Positions 9,396-20,753 of a stretch of 64,000 bases of DNA are shown one piece after another; the stretch's first letter is position 1; the number at the start of each line of letters is the position of its first letter. This DNA is from Fidelibacterota bacterium (GTDB lineage Bacteria > Fidelibacterota > Marinisomatia > Marinisomatales > TCS55), in the NCBI GenBank assembly GCA_046861385.1, contig JBHHTW010000005.1, positions 47,755 through 111,754 on the forward strand, read 5' to 3'. Under the pieces are notes generated by a model, which saw nothing but the letters and a program-made list of their open reading frames with translations, ran no database searches and was not told the origin of the DNA. The translations under genes and the position numbers were made by a program.

Positions 9396-12300
9396 CTATT
9401 GGAATTTAGCAAGTTTCTTTATTACTGAAACTGTTTGATTACCATCATTTGCTTTCAGACGATACAAATATACTCCGTTCGCTAAGCGCTCACCGTAGGC
9501 ATCTCTGCCGTTCCAGTTAATATAATGATAACCTTCGGAAAATTGCTCTTCTGGAATGCTCATAATTCGTCGTCCACCAAGGGTGAAGATATCAATAGAA
9601 ACGTTTGCATCGGATGTTAATTCAAAAGCGAATTGGGTTGTTGTCGAATAGGGGTTTGGAAAATTCAGGACATTAAATATATTTAAAGTTTGATTTTCAA
9701 ACAGGTACAATGTGAATTCCTTTTCTGATGGATTATTCGCATTATCCCATGCTTTTATATGAAGAGAGAGAGGTGAATCTGTCCCATCATGGGGGAATTG
9801 TATCACTCCGGTTGTAATACTATTTTCATCATAAATGTATTGGGAGGACATATTTTTCTTCATGTCATCATTCAGATTTGATACTATAATCTCATGACCA
9901 ACTTCACCGGTGAGGTTGATTCCGATCGGATCGGATATCCGAATAATTATTTTTTCATCTTTCTGTAAATGATCATTATCCTGAAGCAGTCGCCCCGTTT
10001 CTGTTTCAAGTGAAATAATGGGTCCCTGTGTGTCAGAAATCGGTTTACCGCTTTTTAGAAAAATATTATTCAGTATTCCCAAAGCTTCCGTTGGTGGTTC
10101 CGAATTTAACTGTACATACGAATTTAGGTGGGCAGGGGTGGTTGAGTAAGATATATCTTTTGGTATTCTTAACCGGGCGCTAAAATTATTTTCAGTAATT
10201 GAAAATTGTCCTTTAAATAATATTGGCCCCGGCAAAGTATAGGATATTTCTTGTGTTTTTGAATTAATGATATATTGTCTGGTAACATCTCGATCTGCAT
10301 CAGCAAGCCTAATTACTCCAACACCGGATGCACCTGTTGGTGATGTTAATCTTCCAAAAACTCGTGCTGTATCCAGGGAGCTCAATGTGTCCGGTACAAT
10401 ATGGGTCATGTTAATTTCTTTTTCTGGGATTGGTAGTGGCATACTGGGATCGCCAAAAAGATGAAATAATTCGCCACTACTATTCCCATCTTTTACCGAT
10501 TGCAATACAACTCCAATTGGGGCATCTGTCACGCTGAGATCAGGGAATATTGCTTTAAATAATTTTACGATATAAGCAGCATTTGATGAAACTGCAATTG
10601 GGCGGCTGGTCGTAATAATGGATGAGGCTCCTTCCATAGGTTGGCGAATTAATTCCTCAGCAAATGACTCTTTGTCTAGGAAATCAAAATGTCCCCATGA
10701 ACATGTTCCGGCAATCCAAACCGGTAATTTCATATTGGTTTCAATTTGACCTATATCCCCTCGATCCTGAACAAGGAGTTTTTCCTGGGCCCACTGATGC
10801 TCGGATCCATGACCAATATAATTAATAATGGCTGTTCCTTCAGTTAAAATATCGAACAAAGCTTCAGTGGCATCCGGTTTAATAACGCCGTATGAAGATG
10901 CATCACTTACTTCCGGATATTCCAGCATATATAATTTTTGAACTTCAATTCTTGGTGAAATAAATTTGGAGGCGTTTTCAGAATTTAATGTATGGCTTTT
11001 TCCGGTTGAAATAGATCCATGAGGTCCATCATCTTCTGGCCGAGCGCCATCGTCGGCGACTAAGGTAACGCGCTGGCGCCAATAGCCCAATACTGGATGT
11101 GTTTCGTACTCAATGATTTTCTCAACATAATCCTGAACTTCGTCAACATTTTTCGCAGGAAATCGTCCAATTGCCAGGTCGGGTATGCGACCGCTGAACG
11201 CGGCAAGACGATCGTCAACAGCTCTATTTCCGTATGCACCTTTAATAATTGTCGGTACTTTTATACCAGACTCACCGGAAATGTTTCTATAATCATAATC
11301 TGCGTCTCCCATGAATAGAACGCTATATGGAATCGGGTTTGACCATTGCTCATTAGTCCATTGCAAAAACCTGCGAATCGCAGTTGGGTCAGCGTTTCCA
11401 CCGGAGAATTCGTCGTAAATGGTTTCGAGGGGTATGAATTTTGAACTCCCTCGATGGTCTGCCAATGGTTGGGAAGCCGATTCATATTTTCCAGGACCAA
11501 TAATCAGATGATCTACACCAGCATTATTATGGCGCAGCTGGGTGAAGGAATGACCACTTATTAAATCCATATTTGTAATTGGACTAACATCAGTATCTTT
11601 AAAGAGGATAAATCGCATTAGTGTATCAGATGGTAAATCGACATTCATTGAATAATTGGAATTATTAAATGCTATATCCACCATTTTTGGCTGTGTCACA
11701 TCAGTAATATCCCATACATTGGGTGCGAGTGTTCCTGAAAAATTAAATGAAACGGAGTTACCTGTAATCGGGGCAAAAAATTCAAAAGGACTATTATCTA
11801 TATTTAATTTTCTCCCATAACGAATTGTAGCGTAATCAAAATGGGGAAAGGAATAGCTACTGGAGGTTGATTTGTTGTCCAGATAAATAAGGTTAACACC
11901 TTCTTTTAAGTCGAATCCATTGACCGAAAATTTCCCCGATCTTTGATTTGCTCCCGAAAAAGTAATCGTATCCTTTGCAATTCCTCTTTCGTTGAGATAT
12001 ACGAATATTGTATGGTTTTTACTAATTCCTGATGTATTCATCACGTAGTCTAAATCTGTAAAGCTACCTCTAATTGATACCTTGATCTCTGCACTTACAG
12101 ATGGTTCCGGATCATTAATTTTAGGAACCACGGTGAAGCTGGATCCTCGTCCAAAACCTGATCCAGTCCAGATTAACCCACCAAGAAATGGGTTAATAAC
12201 ATCATTTTCAATATGGATATACGATGTTGCATAATCCAAAGATAGACTAGTCGTTGACGGACTGGCGGCAGTTTTAATTCGTTTACCTCTTATATTACTG

Positions 12301-13175
12301 TCATCAGGAATTAATAGCCAATAATGATTATCTGTAAAGTAGAGGTTTTGATGATGTTTAATTGTCTCTCCGTTTTGGTCAAACCCATTGGCTCCGCGAC
12401 CATAAAACTGGAACAAATCATCGTTGTCCAGTTTTTCATTATCTTCTCCCGTTACAAACATACTGATTTCAACCAGATTCTCTGGAATTTCAGAATAAGA
12501 AATAGTATTAATCACAGTACTGCTTCTGTCTCTTCCAAGAGCGGTTGATGTAAACAACATAAAGGAACGGGGATTCTCATTTTGCACAGTACCGCTAAGT
12601 GATATAAGGTCAGCACCGGAGAAGGAATACAATTTATCTTCCTTCACCGAAAATTTCATCCATTTTCCTAAGGGTAATTCTGATTTTTTTTTGCGTGAAT
12701 GTTTTTGGTCATAAAACCAATTTTTTGCGCTGTCCCAGTTCAGTATTCGATTTTGTAGAAATAATGTTTGTGTCTTGTTTGCAGTAACCAGTCTATTGTG
12801 TGAAGGGAAAAATGAAATTTCAATCCAATAATTTTCATAGTAATAATTATCGGAATTTGCTGGATTTATTTCAAGGGTAGCCGTTTCTAATGACCTCACT
12901 TTTTGCTGGTTGATCCAACGAACAGCCGGATGTTTGCCTTCAATGAAGAATGGGTTTTTTTGTTTATTTAATTCTCGAATGCTCAAAGTGGGTAATTCTT
13001 TATCTGGCAGACCGATCAGAAAGGTCAACGGTTCCAGGTCACTTTCTGTTTTAACGTCAAAATGGATCGAGATTACCAGTTTCTCATCAGTGGATTCATT
13101 TACTTCCCATTGCCTACCGGCAAAAATGAAAGTAATTAAAAACAAAAAATGAAAGTGTTTCCAAAATATTTTCAT
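9396..13175 (-). CDS. porU: PorU-like type IX secretion sortase / peptidase C25 (gingipain family) with C-terminal sorting-type domain
   Basis: Signal peptide; IYDEFSGG, IGRFP, INYIGHG and AGTCSWG (His/Cys dyad), LFGDP, DTQGP, KAWDNANN, NFPNP...WNGRD..G..LANGVYLYRL. Confidence 0.85.
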   Translation of the reverse strand: MKIFWKHFHFLFLITFIFAGRQWEVNESTDEKLVISIHFDVKTESDLEPLTFLIGLPDKELPTLSIRELNKQKNPFFIEGKHPAVRWINQQKVRSLETATLEINPANSDNYYYENYWIEISFFPSHNRLVTANKTQTLFLQNRILNWDSAKNWFYDQKHSRKKKSELPLGKWMKFSVKEDKLYSFSGADLISLSGTVQNENPRSFMLFTSTALGRDRSSTVINTISYSEIPENLVEISMFVTGEDNEKLDNDDLFQFYGRGANGFDQNGETIKHHQNLYFTDNHYWLLIPDDSNIRGKRIKTAASPSTTSLSLDYATSYIHIENDVINPFLGGLIWTGSGFGRGSSFTVVPKINDPEPSVSAEIKVSIRGSFTDLDYVMNTSGISKNHTIFVYLNERGIAKDTITFSGANQRSGKFSVNGFDLKEGVNLIYLDNKSTSSSYSFPHFDYATIRYGRKLNIDNSPFEFFAPITGNSVSFNFSGTLAPNVWDITDVTQPKMVDIAFNNSNYSMNVDLPSDTLMRFILFKDTDVSPITNMDLISGHSFTQLRHNNAGVDHLIIGPGKYESASQPLADHRGSSKFIPLETIYDEFSGGNADPTAIRRFLQWTNEQWSNPIPYSVLFMGDADYDYRNISGESGIKVPTIIKGAYGNRAVDDRLAAFSGRIPDLAIGRFPAKNVDEVQDYVEKIIEYETHPVLGYWRQRVTLVADDGARPEDDGPHGSISTGKSHTLNSENASKFISPRIEVQKLYMLEYPEVSDASSYGVIKPDATEALFDILTEGTAIINYIGHGSEHQWAQEKLLVQDRGDIGQIETNMKLPVWIAGTCSWGHFDFLDKESFAEELIRQPMEGASSIITTSRPIAVSSNAAYIVKLFKAIFPDLSVTDAPIGVVLQSVKDGNSSGELFHLFGDPSMPLPIPEKEINMTHIVPDTLSSLDTARVFGRLTSPTGASGVGVIRLADADRDVTRQYIINSKTQEISYTLPGPILFKGQFSITENNFSARLRIPKDISYSTTPAHLNSYVQLNSEPPTEALGILNNIFLKSGKPISDTQGPIISLETETGRLLQDNDHLQKDEKIIIRISDPIGINLTGEVGHEIIVSNLNDDMKKNMSSQYIYDENSITTGVIQFPHDGTDSPLSLHIKAWDNANNPSEKEFTLYLFENQTLNIFNVLNFPNPYSTTTQFAFELTSDANVSIDIFTLGGRRIMSIPEEQFSEGYHYINWNGRDAYGERLANGVYLYRLKANDGNQTVSVIKKLAKFQ

Positions 13176-13307
13176 TTGAATTTTATTAATTTATTCAGCA
13201 TTGAAATTGAAATATGATTACGTAAATGTGTAAGTTTGTCTATCGAAATCGAACGTGAATATAGTAGTTCGGTTCCATCTTCTTTAATCTAATTATTAGG
13301 ATTCCCT

Positions 13308-15575
13308 GTGTTTGATTTAGAAATGATTAATCATGTCTATAAGACCATTGTAGATAATAGTTCACTAGCCCGAAACCTAATGGGCAGACCCTTGACACTT
13401 TCTGAAAAAATACTTTATTCTCATTTATTTGATAAAAACAGTGGGGAAAAATATACCCGAGGTAAGTCGTATGTTGAATTTGCTCCGGATCGAGTAGCCA
13501 TGCAGGACGCAACGGCTCAAATGGCACTTTTACAATTTATGATGGCCGGCAAGGATAAAGTGGCTGTGCCATCCACAGTTCACTGTGATCATTTAATTCA
13601 GGCAAAAGACAACGCTAATCTTGATTTGTCTAATGCCAAAAATATTAATGGTGAGGTGTATGATTTTCTTGAATCTGTATCCAATAGATACGGAATTGGT
13701 TTCTGGAAACCGGGAGCAGGGATTATCCATCAAGTGGTTTTGGAAAATTATGCATTCCCTGGCGGACTGATGATCGGGACCGATAGTCATACGGTAAATG
13801 CGGGTGGACTCGGTATGATTGCCATAGGTGTCGGCGGTGCTGATGCAGTGGATGTGATGGCAAATATGCCTTGGGAATTAAAATTTCCGAAAATGATTGG
13901 CATTCAATTGACTGGAGAACTGAGCGGGTGGACCTCTGCGAAAGATGTAATACTCAAAGTAGCAGGAATTCTTACGGTGAAGGGCGGAACAGGCGCTATC
14001 GTTGAATATTTTGGACCAGGCGCTGAAAAATTGTCCTGTACCGGAAAAGGCACTATTTGCAACATGGGGGCTGAAATTGGTGCAACTACTTCTGTGTTTG
14101 CTTACGACAAACAAATGGCAGCGTATTTGCGAGCGACAGGTCGAAGTGCCGTAGCAGATCTCGCCGATGACATTGCCAATTGTTTACGGGCCGACGATGA
14201 AGTTTATGAGAATCCAGAGAAATATTATGATCAGATAATTGAAATAAATTTATCTGAGCTGGAACCCCATTTAAATGGTCCATTTACACCGGATCGCGCA
14301 ACGCCTATTTCTGAAATGTCGAAGGCAGCCGCAGAAAATGGGTGGCCTACCAAAGTCGATGTAGGTTTAATTGGTTCCTGCACTAATTCATCTTATGAAG
14401 ATATATCACGAGCAGCTTATATTGCAAAGCAGGCTGTTCAAATGGGATTGAATACGAAAGCTGATTTTACAATTACTCCCGGATCGGAACAAGTAAGGTA
14501 TACAATTGAAAGAGATGGTTTTATTCAAATATTTAACGAATTAGGTGCCCAGGTGTTTGCCAATGCATGCGGACCATGTATCGGTCAATGGGCTCGCCCG
14601 GGATCGGAGCAAAAAGAAAAAAATACAATTGTCCATTCATTTAATCGAAATTTTTCGAAAAGAGCCGATGGAAATCCTAATACACATGCATTTGTGGCAT
14701 CTCCCGAGCTGGTAACCGCACTTGCGATTGCAGGCGATCTGACATTCAATCCATTAACAGACTCTCTCATCAATGAAAATGGAGAGTCTGTTATGTTGGA
14801 AATTCCCAAAGGTGATCAATTGCCTTCAAAAGGATTTGACGTAGAAGATTTAGGTTATCAAGAGCCATCGATTGATGGTTCCGGAAGTGAAATAACTGTT
14901 AATCCGGATTCGGAGCGATTGCAATTATTAACTCCATTCGAGCCATGGGATGGACAAAATATCACTGGAATGAAACTGCTGATAAAAGCGAAGGGTAAAT
15001 GTACAACAGATCATATCTCAATGGCTGGACCCTGGCTGAAATTCAGAGGTCATTTAGACAATATTTCAAATAATTTTCTGACTGGGGCCGAGAATTATTT
15101 TAATGAAAAAACGAATTGTGTAATAAACCAACTAACAGGAGAATATGGCTCTGTTCCGGATGTACAAAGAGCTTATAATTCTGCCAATATTCCAACGATT
15201 GTCGTTGGGGATGAAAATTTTGGTGAAGGCTCATCACGAGAGCATGCTGCAATGGAACCAAGGCATTTGGGCGTCAGGGTCGTTTTGGTCCGTTCTTTTG
15301 CTCGAATCCACGAGACCAATTTGAAAAAGCAGGGGATGTTAGCCTTAACATTCGCAGATAAATCGGATTATGATAAAATTCAGGAAAACGACATTATGGA
15401 CTTTATTGATCTGGACGAATTCACTCCAAATAAACCACTGACTTTAAGGGTTGTACATAAGGGAAATACTGATGATACAATTATGTGCAATCATAGTTAT
15501 AATCATACACAAATTAGTTGGTACAAGGCCGGATCCGCTCTCAATTTAGTTCGAAGCCAATTAAAGGAAATATAA
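13308..15575 (+). CDS. aconitate hydratase (mitochondrial-like type)
   Basis: [52 protein letters not shown]. Confidence 0.96.
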   Translation: MFDLEMINHVYKTIVDNSSLARNLMGRPLTLSEKILYSHLFDKNSGEKYTRGKSYVEFAPDRVAMQDATAQMALLQFMMAGKDKVAVPSTVHCDHLIQAKDNANLDLSNAKNINGEVYDFLESVSNRYGIGFWKPGAGIIHQVVLENYAFPGGLMIGTDSHTVNAGGLGMIAIGVGGADAVDVMANMPWELKFPKMIGIQLTGELSGWTSAKDVILKVAGILTVKGGTGAIVEYFGPGAEKLSCTGKGTICNMGAEIGATTSVFAYDKQMAAYLRATGRSAVADLADDIANCLRADDEVYENPEKYYDQIIEINLSELEPHLNGPFTPDRATPISEMSKAAAENGWPTKVDVGLIGSCTNSSYEDISRAAYIAKQAVQMGLNTKADFTITPGSEQVRYTIERDGFIQIFNELGAQVFANACGPCIGQWARPGSEQKEKNTIVHSFNRNFSKRADGNPNTHAFVASPELVTALAIAGDLTFNPLTDSLINENGESVMLEIPKGDQLPSKGFDVEDLGYQEPSIDGSGSEITVNPDSERLQLLTPFEPWDGQNITGMKLLIKAKGKCTTDHISMAGPWLKFRGHLDNISNNFLTGAENYFNEKTNCVINQLTGEYGSVPDVQRAYNSANIPTIVVGDENFGEGSSREHAAMEPRHLGVRVVLVRSFARIHETNLKKQGMLALTFADKSDYDKIQENDIMDFIDLDEFTPNKPLTLRVVHKGNTDDTIMCNHSYNHTQISWYKAGSALNLVRSQLKEI

Positions 15576-17152
15576 TGACAAAAATACTTGTTTCTGACCC
15601 GGTTACAGATGCCGGAATGGCCATTCTGCAAGATGCAGGATTTGAAGTAAAATATTTACCTGACTCGCCTCCCGAAGATAAAGCAGAAGCATGTAAAGAT
15701 GTTGCTGGTTGGGTCGTACGCAGCGGAACAAAAGTAACTGCTGAAATGATAGAGTCAGCCAATCAGTTACGAGTTATTGGCCGGGCAGGTGTTGGTGTAG
15801 ATAACATTGATATTCCCAAGGCCACGAGGAGAGGAATCCTGGTCATGAACACGCCCAATGCAAGCACATATTCTGCTGCAGAGCATACGATGGCGATGAT
15901 GTTGGCTCTTTCCAGAAATATACCCAAGGGTCATGGCGGTATTATGGATGGAAAATGGAATAGAAATGCGTTGGTTGGAACCGAATTACGGAATAAAACG
16001 TTGGGAGTTGTCGGTCTTGGAAAAATTGGTCGGGAGGTGATAAAGCGATGCCGTGCGTTTGATATGAATATTCTTGGTTTCGACCCTTATGTAAGTCAAG
16101 AAATGTTTACTGAGGAAGAAATTAAAATAGTAGATCTGGATAAACTAACACAAGTATCAGATTATATCACTGTTCATGTCCCATTGACAGATTCCACGCG
16201 GAGTCTATTTGATTATGAACGTCTATGCATCATGAAACCAACTGCACGGATTATCAATGTTGCCAGGGGGGGAGTGATTGATGAAGTTGGACTTGCTCAA
16301 GCCCTGAATGAGGGAAAAATAGCTGGAGCAGCTATCGATGTCTTCTCATCAGAGCCGGTAGATAAATCCAATCCATTGCTCCGTGCAAAAAATATCGTTT
16401 TAACCCCTCACCTTGGCGCATCAACCAAAGAAGCTAAAGAAGGGGTTAGCCAAGCCGTTTGTGAACAGGTTCGTGATTATTTGCTCAAAGATAAGCCAAT
16501 CAATGCTATAAATATGCCAATATCAAACTTGGCAAAACTAAAAGAAATTCAGCCTCATTTAGATTTGGCTGAAATAATAGGAAAACTGCAGAGTCAGCTT
16601 GGATCCAATGAAGTAAAAAAAATATATATTGAATGTGCCGGAAAGATGGATAAGGCAAAACCAACAGCTCTTGCATTTTTAAAGGGCTTTTTGGCAGACC
16701 GTGTTCAAGAAAATGTGAACTATATTAATGTCGAAACACTTGCTGGTAATCTTGGAATCAACATTGAATACAGTGTATCCACGGATAATGGAAACTACTC
16801 TAACGCTATAAAAACACTGGTAACTGATGAAAATCTGTCACATGAAATTAATGGGAGTGTTTTTGAAGGAAATCAATTGAGATTAGTAAACATTTTGGGT
16901 TTTGAAATGGATATTATTCCATTCGGCACTATGTTATTTATCCGGAATAAAGATTACCCCGGAGTCATCGGAAAAGTTGGAGCAACTTTAGGAGATGCAA
17001 ACGTTAATATTGGTGCTTATTTGTTAAATAGGTCGTCGGAAAATGGTGAAGCGTTTGCAGTAATTCGAGTAGACAATCCTGTATCAAATAAAACCATTGA
17101 AAAACTTTTTGAATTTCCTGAAATCATATCGCTCCATCAAATCATTTGCTAA
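15575..17152 (+). CDS. serA: D-3-phosphoglycerate dehydrogenase (long form with ACT domain)
   Basis: RAGVGVDNID, GLGKIG, INVARGG, TPHLGAST.EA, C-terminal DYPGVIGKVG ACT; ATG 15575 overlaps the aconitase TAA. Confidence 0.95.
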   Translation: MTKILVSDPVTDAGMAILQDAGFEVKYLPDSPPEDKAEACKDVAGWVVRSGTKVTAEMIESANQLRVIGRAGVGVDNIDIPKATRRGILVMNTPNASTYSAAEHTMAMMLALSRNIPKGHGGIMDGKWNRNALVGTELRNKTLGVVGLGKIGREVIKRCRAFDMNILGFDPYVSQEMFTEEEIKIVDLDKLTQVSDYITVHVPLTDSTRSLFDYERLCIMKPTARIINVARGGVIDEVGLAQALNEGKIAGAAIDVFSSEPVDKSNPLLRAKNIVLTPHLGASTKEAKEGVSQAVCEQVRDYLLKDKPINAINMPISNLAKLKEIQPHLDLAEIIGKLQSQLGSNEVKKIYIECAGKMDKAKPTALAFLKGFLADRVQENVNYINVETLAGNLGINIEYSVSTDNGNYSNAIKTLVTDENLSHEINGSVFEGNQLRLVNILGFEMDIIPFGTMLFIRNKDYPGVIGKVGATLGDANVNIGAYLLNRSSENGEAFAVIRVDNPVSNKTIEKLFEFPEIISLHQIIC

Positions 17153-18231
17153 TATTGTTATCTTCGAGACAATCTGAACCACTTAATCCAATAAAAATCT
17201 CCGGAGCCGGCATCGCTGGTATGACGGCCGCTATTAATCTTAAAAAAGCGGGTAAAAATGTGGTTATCTTTGAGAAATATCCAGCAATTGGTTTAAGCAG
17301 GGATGGAGATTATGAAGGTTTGGAGAATTGGATTTTTGAAGAAAATTTACATTCATTTTTTATTAATCATGGTTTCTTATTCGATTCAATCAAAACCCAT
17401 CCCATATTTAATTTTACTGTTCACTTTGATGGTGTAGAGCCGTTTAATGTGCATTCGGCTATTCCTTTTTTTTATTTAGTTAAGCGGGGGTCGGAGCGCG
17501 ATTGTATTGACATGCAGCTTTATGAACAATGTGTTTCAACTGGTGTAGAATTTGAGTTTGGGAATAATGCACCGGATAAAATTACCATTGATGCTTCCGG
17601 TACAAAGAAAGCAGCAGGATTAATCCAGGGAATGAATTATAAAACAGACCTAAAAGATCAAATTCATTTGTTATTCGGACAAGAGTATGCACCAAAAGGG
17701 TATGCATATTTAATCGTTTTGGATGGGAAAGCTACTCTGGCGACAGCATTTAAGAAAAATAAAGATATATTAACAAATCCTTTGCAAAAATCAATCGACT
17801 ATTTTAATCAAAAGGGGTTTATGATTCCGAAAGGCAGTGCATTTGGTAGTCGGGGGAGTTTTGATATTCCTTTGATGAAAGCATTAAAGCATCCTTACAG
17901 AATTGGAGAAGCAGGTGGGTATCAGGATTATTTGTTTGGTTTTGGAATGCGTATGGCGATGACATCAGGATTGGCAATAGCAAAACACTTATCGGGAGAA
18001 TCAGATGAGGCGAAAAGATTACTAAAATTATTAAACAGGAAATGTAAAATTTCTTTTGTAAATAGAATAATCTATGAACGTATAACAGATCATCAAAAGT
18101 TAAAAATAGCAAAATCAATGGCAGTTTCAGATCGACCATTAAATATATTATCCAGGAGTTATCAATGGAACTTTAATAAAATGAAACGTTGGATAACAAT
18201 GAAAGCTCAATATGAAATTCGCCCTGTTTAG
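17146..18231 (+). CDS. FAD-dependent oxidoreductase (geranylgeranyl-reductase-like)
   Basis: ISGAGIAG Rossmann motif; IGEAGG.QD.LFGFGM second FAD motif. Confidence 0.75.
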   Translation: MLILLSSRQSEPLNPIKISGAGIAGMTAAINLKKAGKNVVIFEKYPAIGLSRDGDYEGLENWIFEENLHSFFINHGFLFDSIKTHPIFNFTVHFDGVEPFNVHSAIPFFYLVKRGSERDCIDMQLYEQCVSTGVEFEFGNNAPDKITIDASGTKKAAGLIQGMNYKTDLKDQIHLLFGQEYAPKGYAYLIVLDGKATLATAFKKNKDILTNPLQKSIDYFNQKGFMIPKGSAFGSRGSFDIPLMKALKHPYRIGEAGGYQDYLFGFGMRMAMTSGLAIAKHLSGESDEAKRLLKLLNRKCKISFVNRIIYERITDHQKLKIAKSMAVSDRPLNILSRSYQWNFNKMKRWITMKAQYEIRPV

Positions 18232-18379
18232 AAGTTTACAAGTTTTCGCCATGCTTTTAATATTATCCGGACTGTACGTTGGTATCAGGGATAATAATGT
18301 TTTCATTGAGTTGAATGCTTTGGTGATTGGAGCCGGGATTTTTTATGGAGTAAATATGATCATTAAAAGAAGCAATTAA
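18212..18379 (+). CDS. small two-TM membrane protein, 55 aa (not in ORF track)
   Basis: MKFALFRSLQVFAMLLILSGLYVGIRDNNVFIELNALVIGAGIFYGVNMIIKRSN; fills the gap in a co-directional run. Confidence 0.65.
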   Translation: MKFALFRSLQVFAMLLILSGLYVGIRDNNVFIELNALVIGAGIFYGVNMIIKRSN

Positions 18380-18434
18380 TTGATTAACTTTATACACAAT
18401 TATGAATGAATATTTTTATAAATAGAGGTTATTT

Positions 18435-18896
18435 ATGACACAAATATGGGATGATTTAAAGAAAAATATGAAGGAATGGAGTTCTGTTGCTGTTGAAAAA
18501 GCAGAGGAGGTCAGCAAGATTGCTGTAGCAAAAACAGAAGAGCTCACTAAAATCAGTAAAATCAAAATTGAAATACACCAGCTGCAGCGAGATAAGGCAA
18601 AAACCTTCGAGAATCTTGGCCGTCTGGTGGCTTACCATGCCAAAGAAGAAAACGTAGTCAATTTTACAGGGAATAAAGAATTTTACGGTTCCTTACAAAA
18701 ATTAGAAGAAATTCAAGAAAAAATCAGTAGAAAAGAGAAAGAAATCGAGAAGGTTAAAGAAATATTAGATATTGAAGAAGAAGTCATAGACGCAATATCA
18801 ACTGAAACCGAAAAAGAAGAAACCAGTATGGAAAATAATGGATCTGATCAAGAACTGGATGAAGCAACGCCTGAGTCAGACTCCGAAAAGAATTGA
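18435..18896 (+). CDS. hypothetical coiled-coil protein with acidic tail
   Basis: GAGG SD, 153-aa ORF, heptad-rich. Confidence 0.7.
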   Translation: MTQIWDDLKKNMKEWSSVAVEKAEEVSKIAVAKTEELTKISKIKIEIHQLQRDKAKTFENLGRLVAYHAKEENVVNFTGNKEFYGSLQKLEEIQEKISRKEKEIEKVKEILDIEEEVIDAISTETEKEETSMENNGSDQELDEATPESDSEKN

Positions 18897-19732
18897 TAAA
18901 ATCCTCTTTTTCTAAAGGGCGTAAAGCCCTTGAGCTTTATTTAAACGAAATAAAAAAACTTGAACCTCTTACCCCCGAAGAGGAAGTCCAATATGCTAGA
19001 CGCGCCCGGAATGGTGATAATGTAGCCTTCCAACAATTGGTGACACATAATTTGCGATTTGTTGTCGCAATGGCAAAGAAATTCCAAGGGCAGGGTGTTC
19101 CTTTTGAAGATCTGATTAATGAGGGAAACCTAGGTCTGATAAAAGCAGTAAATAAGTTTGATGAGACTCGAGGATTTAAATTTATTTCTTACGCTGTATG
19201 GTGGATCACCCAACATATTCGAAACGCGATTCAAAAAACTGGGCGTACGATCAGACTTCCGGCGCATGTCACTGAGTCTATGGGGAAAATGTATCGTGCT
19301 TCCCTGGAATTAGAGCAGGAAATCGAACGTGAGCCATCAATGGAAGAACTCGCTGAAATATCTGATACCACTGTCAAATGGATTGAAAATCTTGTGAAAG
19401 CTTATAGTAGTTCAATTTCGCTGGAGGATAATAGTAGCATAAACAAACCATTAATTGAATATCTGATTTCAAATGATTCCCGCCCCGAAATGCAACTCAT
19501 GAAAGAATCACTAAAGAAGGAAATATTAAATATGATGAGTTTACTCAGAAAAAGAGATGCATATATATTAACAGAATATTATGGACTTGGAGATAATGAA
19601 CCCAAAACCCTGGAACAGATAGGACAGAGTTTGAATTTATCCAGTGAACGGATTCGGCAGATAAAGGAAAGAACATTGCAGCATTTGCGAAAATCTACAC
19701 AGTCACATCTGCTAAAATTGTACTTAGGTTAA
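18893..19732 (+). CDS. sigma-70 family RNA polymerase sigma factor (RpoD/SigA-like, regions 1.2-4)
   Basis: LYLNEI, NLRFVV, DLINEGNLGLIKAV.KFD..RGFKFISYAVWWI, TLEQIG...ERIRQI. Confidence 0.92.
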   Translation: MIKSSFSKGRKALELYLNEIKKLEPLTPEEEVQYARRARNGDNVAFQQLVTHNLRFVVAMAKKFQGQGVPFEDLINEGNLGLIKAVNKFDETRGFKFISYAVWWITQHIRNAIQKTGRTIRLPAHVTESMGKMYRASLELEQEIEREPSMEELAEISDTTVKWIENLVKAYSSSISLEDNSSINKPLIEYLISNDSRPEMQLMKESLKKEILNMMSLLRKRDAYILTEYYGLGDNEPKTLEQIGQSLNLSSERIRQIKERTLQHLRKSTQSHLLKLYLG

Positions 19733-19791
19733 TATTTGGTTTTATAGGTTCAAACTCTTAAAATCATCGTACTAAAAGAGTACTATTATAC

Positions 19792-20718
19792 GTGTTTGGT
19801 TCGAAAAGGAAAAGTCAAAAACATTATATCATTATTTCCGCCGATGACAAAGGAATGCATCAACGGAACGTTACCCGTCGCCGTGTTTTTACACTGTTAG
19901 CACTTGCCGTCGTGTTGTTATCAGGCATTTTTTTTATTAGTACCGATGCGTTGACGGATATTTTGTATAAATCCAAAATTGAAAAAATTAAGCTGCATTA
20001 TTTTACATTATCCACAACGTTAGTGGACTTACAAAACAAGATGGAAAATATATCATCCACGATGGAAACTATTGAGGAAAAGGATAAAGCCATTCGTGCA
20101 TATGCCGATTTACCAATAGTAGATCATGATATAAATAAGCTGGGTATCGGAGGAGTAAGACTTGCTGATAACATTAGCGATAAGAGCGAATTCACCGATA
20201 GATTAAAATCTTTGGAAATGGACGTAGATGCCCTTACCAGAAAAGTAAAATTAGAATTACACAGTTATTCTGATATATATGATAAAGTCACCGGTAATGT
20301 TGATGTTATTCACTCAATACCTTCCATTCGTCCAGTTAGAAATGGGTATTTAAACTCTAGCTTCGGATACCGTAAAGATCCAATGAATGGAAAGGTTCGC
20401 TTTCACTATGGCCAGGATATCACGGTGAATACAGGTGAAACAGTATTCGCTCCTGCCGATGGAATCATTAAAGAAGCTCGTTATAAAGGTGGTTATGGCA
20501 AAGTAATCAAAATTGATCACGGATATGGCTACACTACGCTTTATGCCCACCTTTCGAAAATAAATGTAAAAAAGGGTCAAAAAATAAAGCGGGGTTCAAT
20601 CCTTGGTTATTCGGGTAATACCGGACGATCAACCGCTCCCCATTTACACTATGAAGTCCACCGCAACGGCACACCGCAAAACCCCCTGGATTATTTTTTC
20701 AGTGGGTATCTTAAATAA
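19792..20718 (+). CDS. M23 family metallopeptidase
   Basis: TM plus coiled coil, HYGQD, YAHLS, STAPHLHYEV. Confidence 0.92.
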   Translation: MFGSKRKSQKHYIIISADDKGMHQRNVTRRRVFTLLALAVVLLSGIFFISTDALTDILYKSKIEKIKLHYFTLSTTLVDLQNKMENISSTMETIEEKDKAIRAYADLPIVDHDINKLGIGGVRLADNISDKSEFTDRLKSLEMDVDALTRKVKLELHSYSDIYDKVTGNVDVIHSIPSIRPVRNGYLNSSFGYRKDPMNGKVRFHYGQDITVNTGETVFAPADGIIKEARYKGGYGKVIKIDHGYGYTTLYAHLSKINVKKGQKIKRGSILGYSGNTGRSTAPHLHYEVHRNGTPQNPLDYFFSGYLK

Positions 20719-20753
20719 ACTGATTTTTCAGTTCCTTTCAGATATAATCACGA

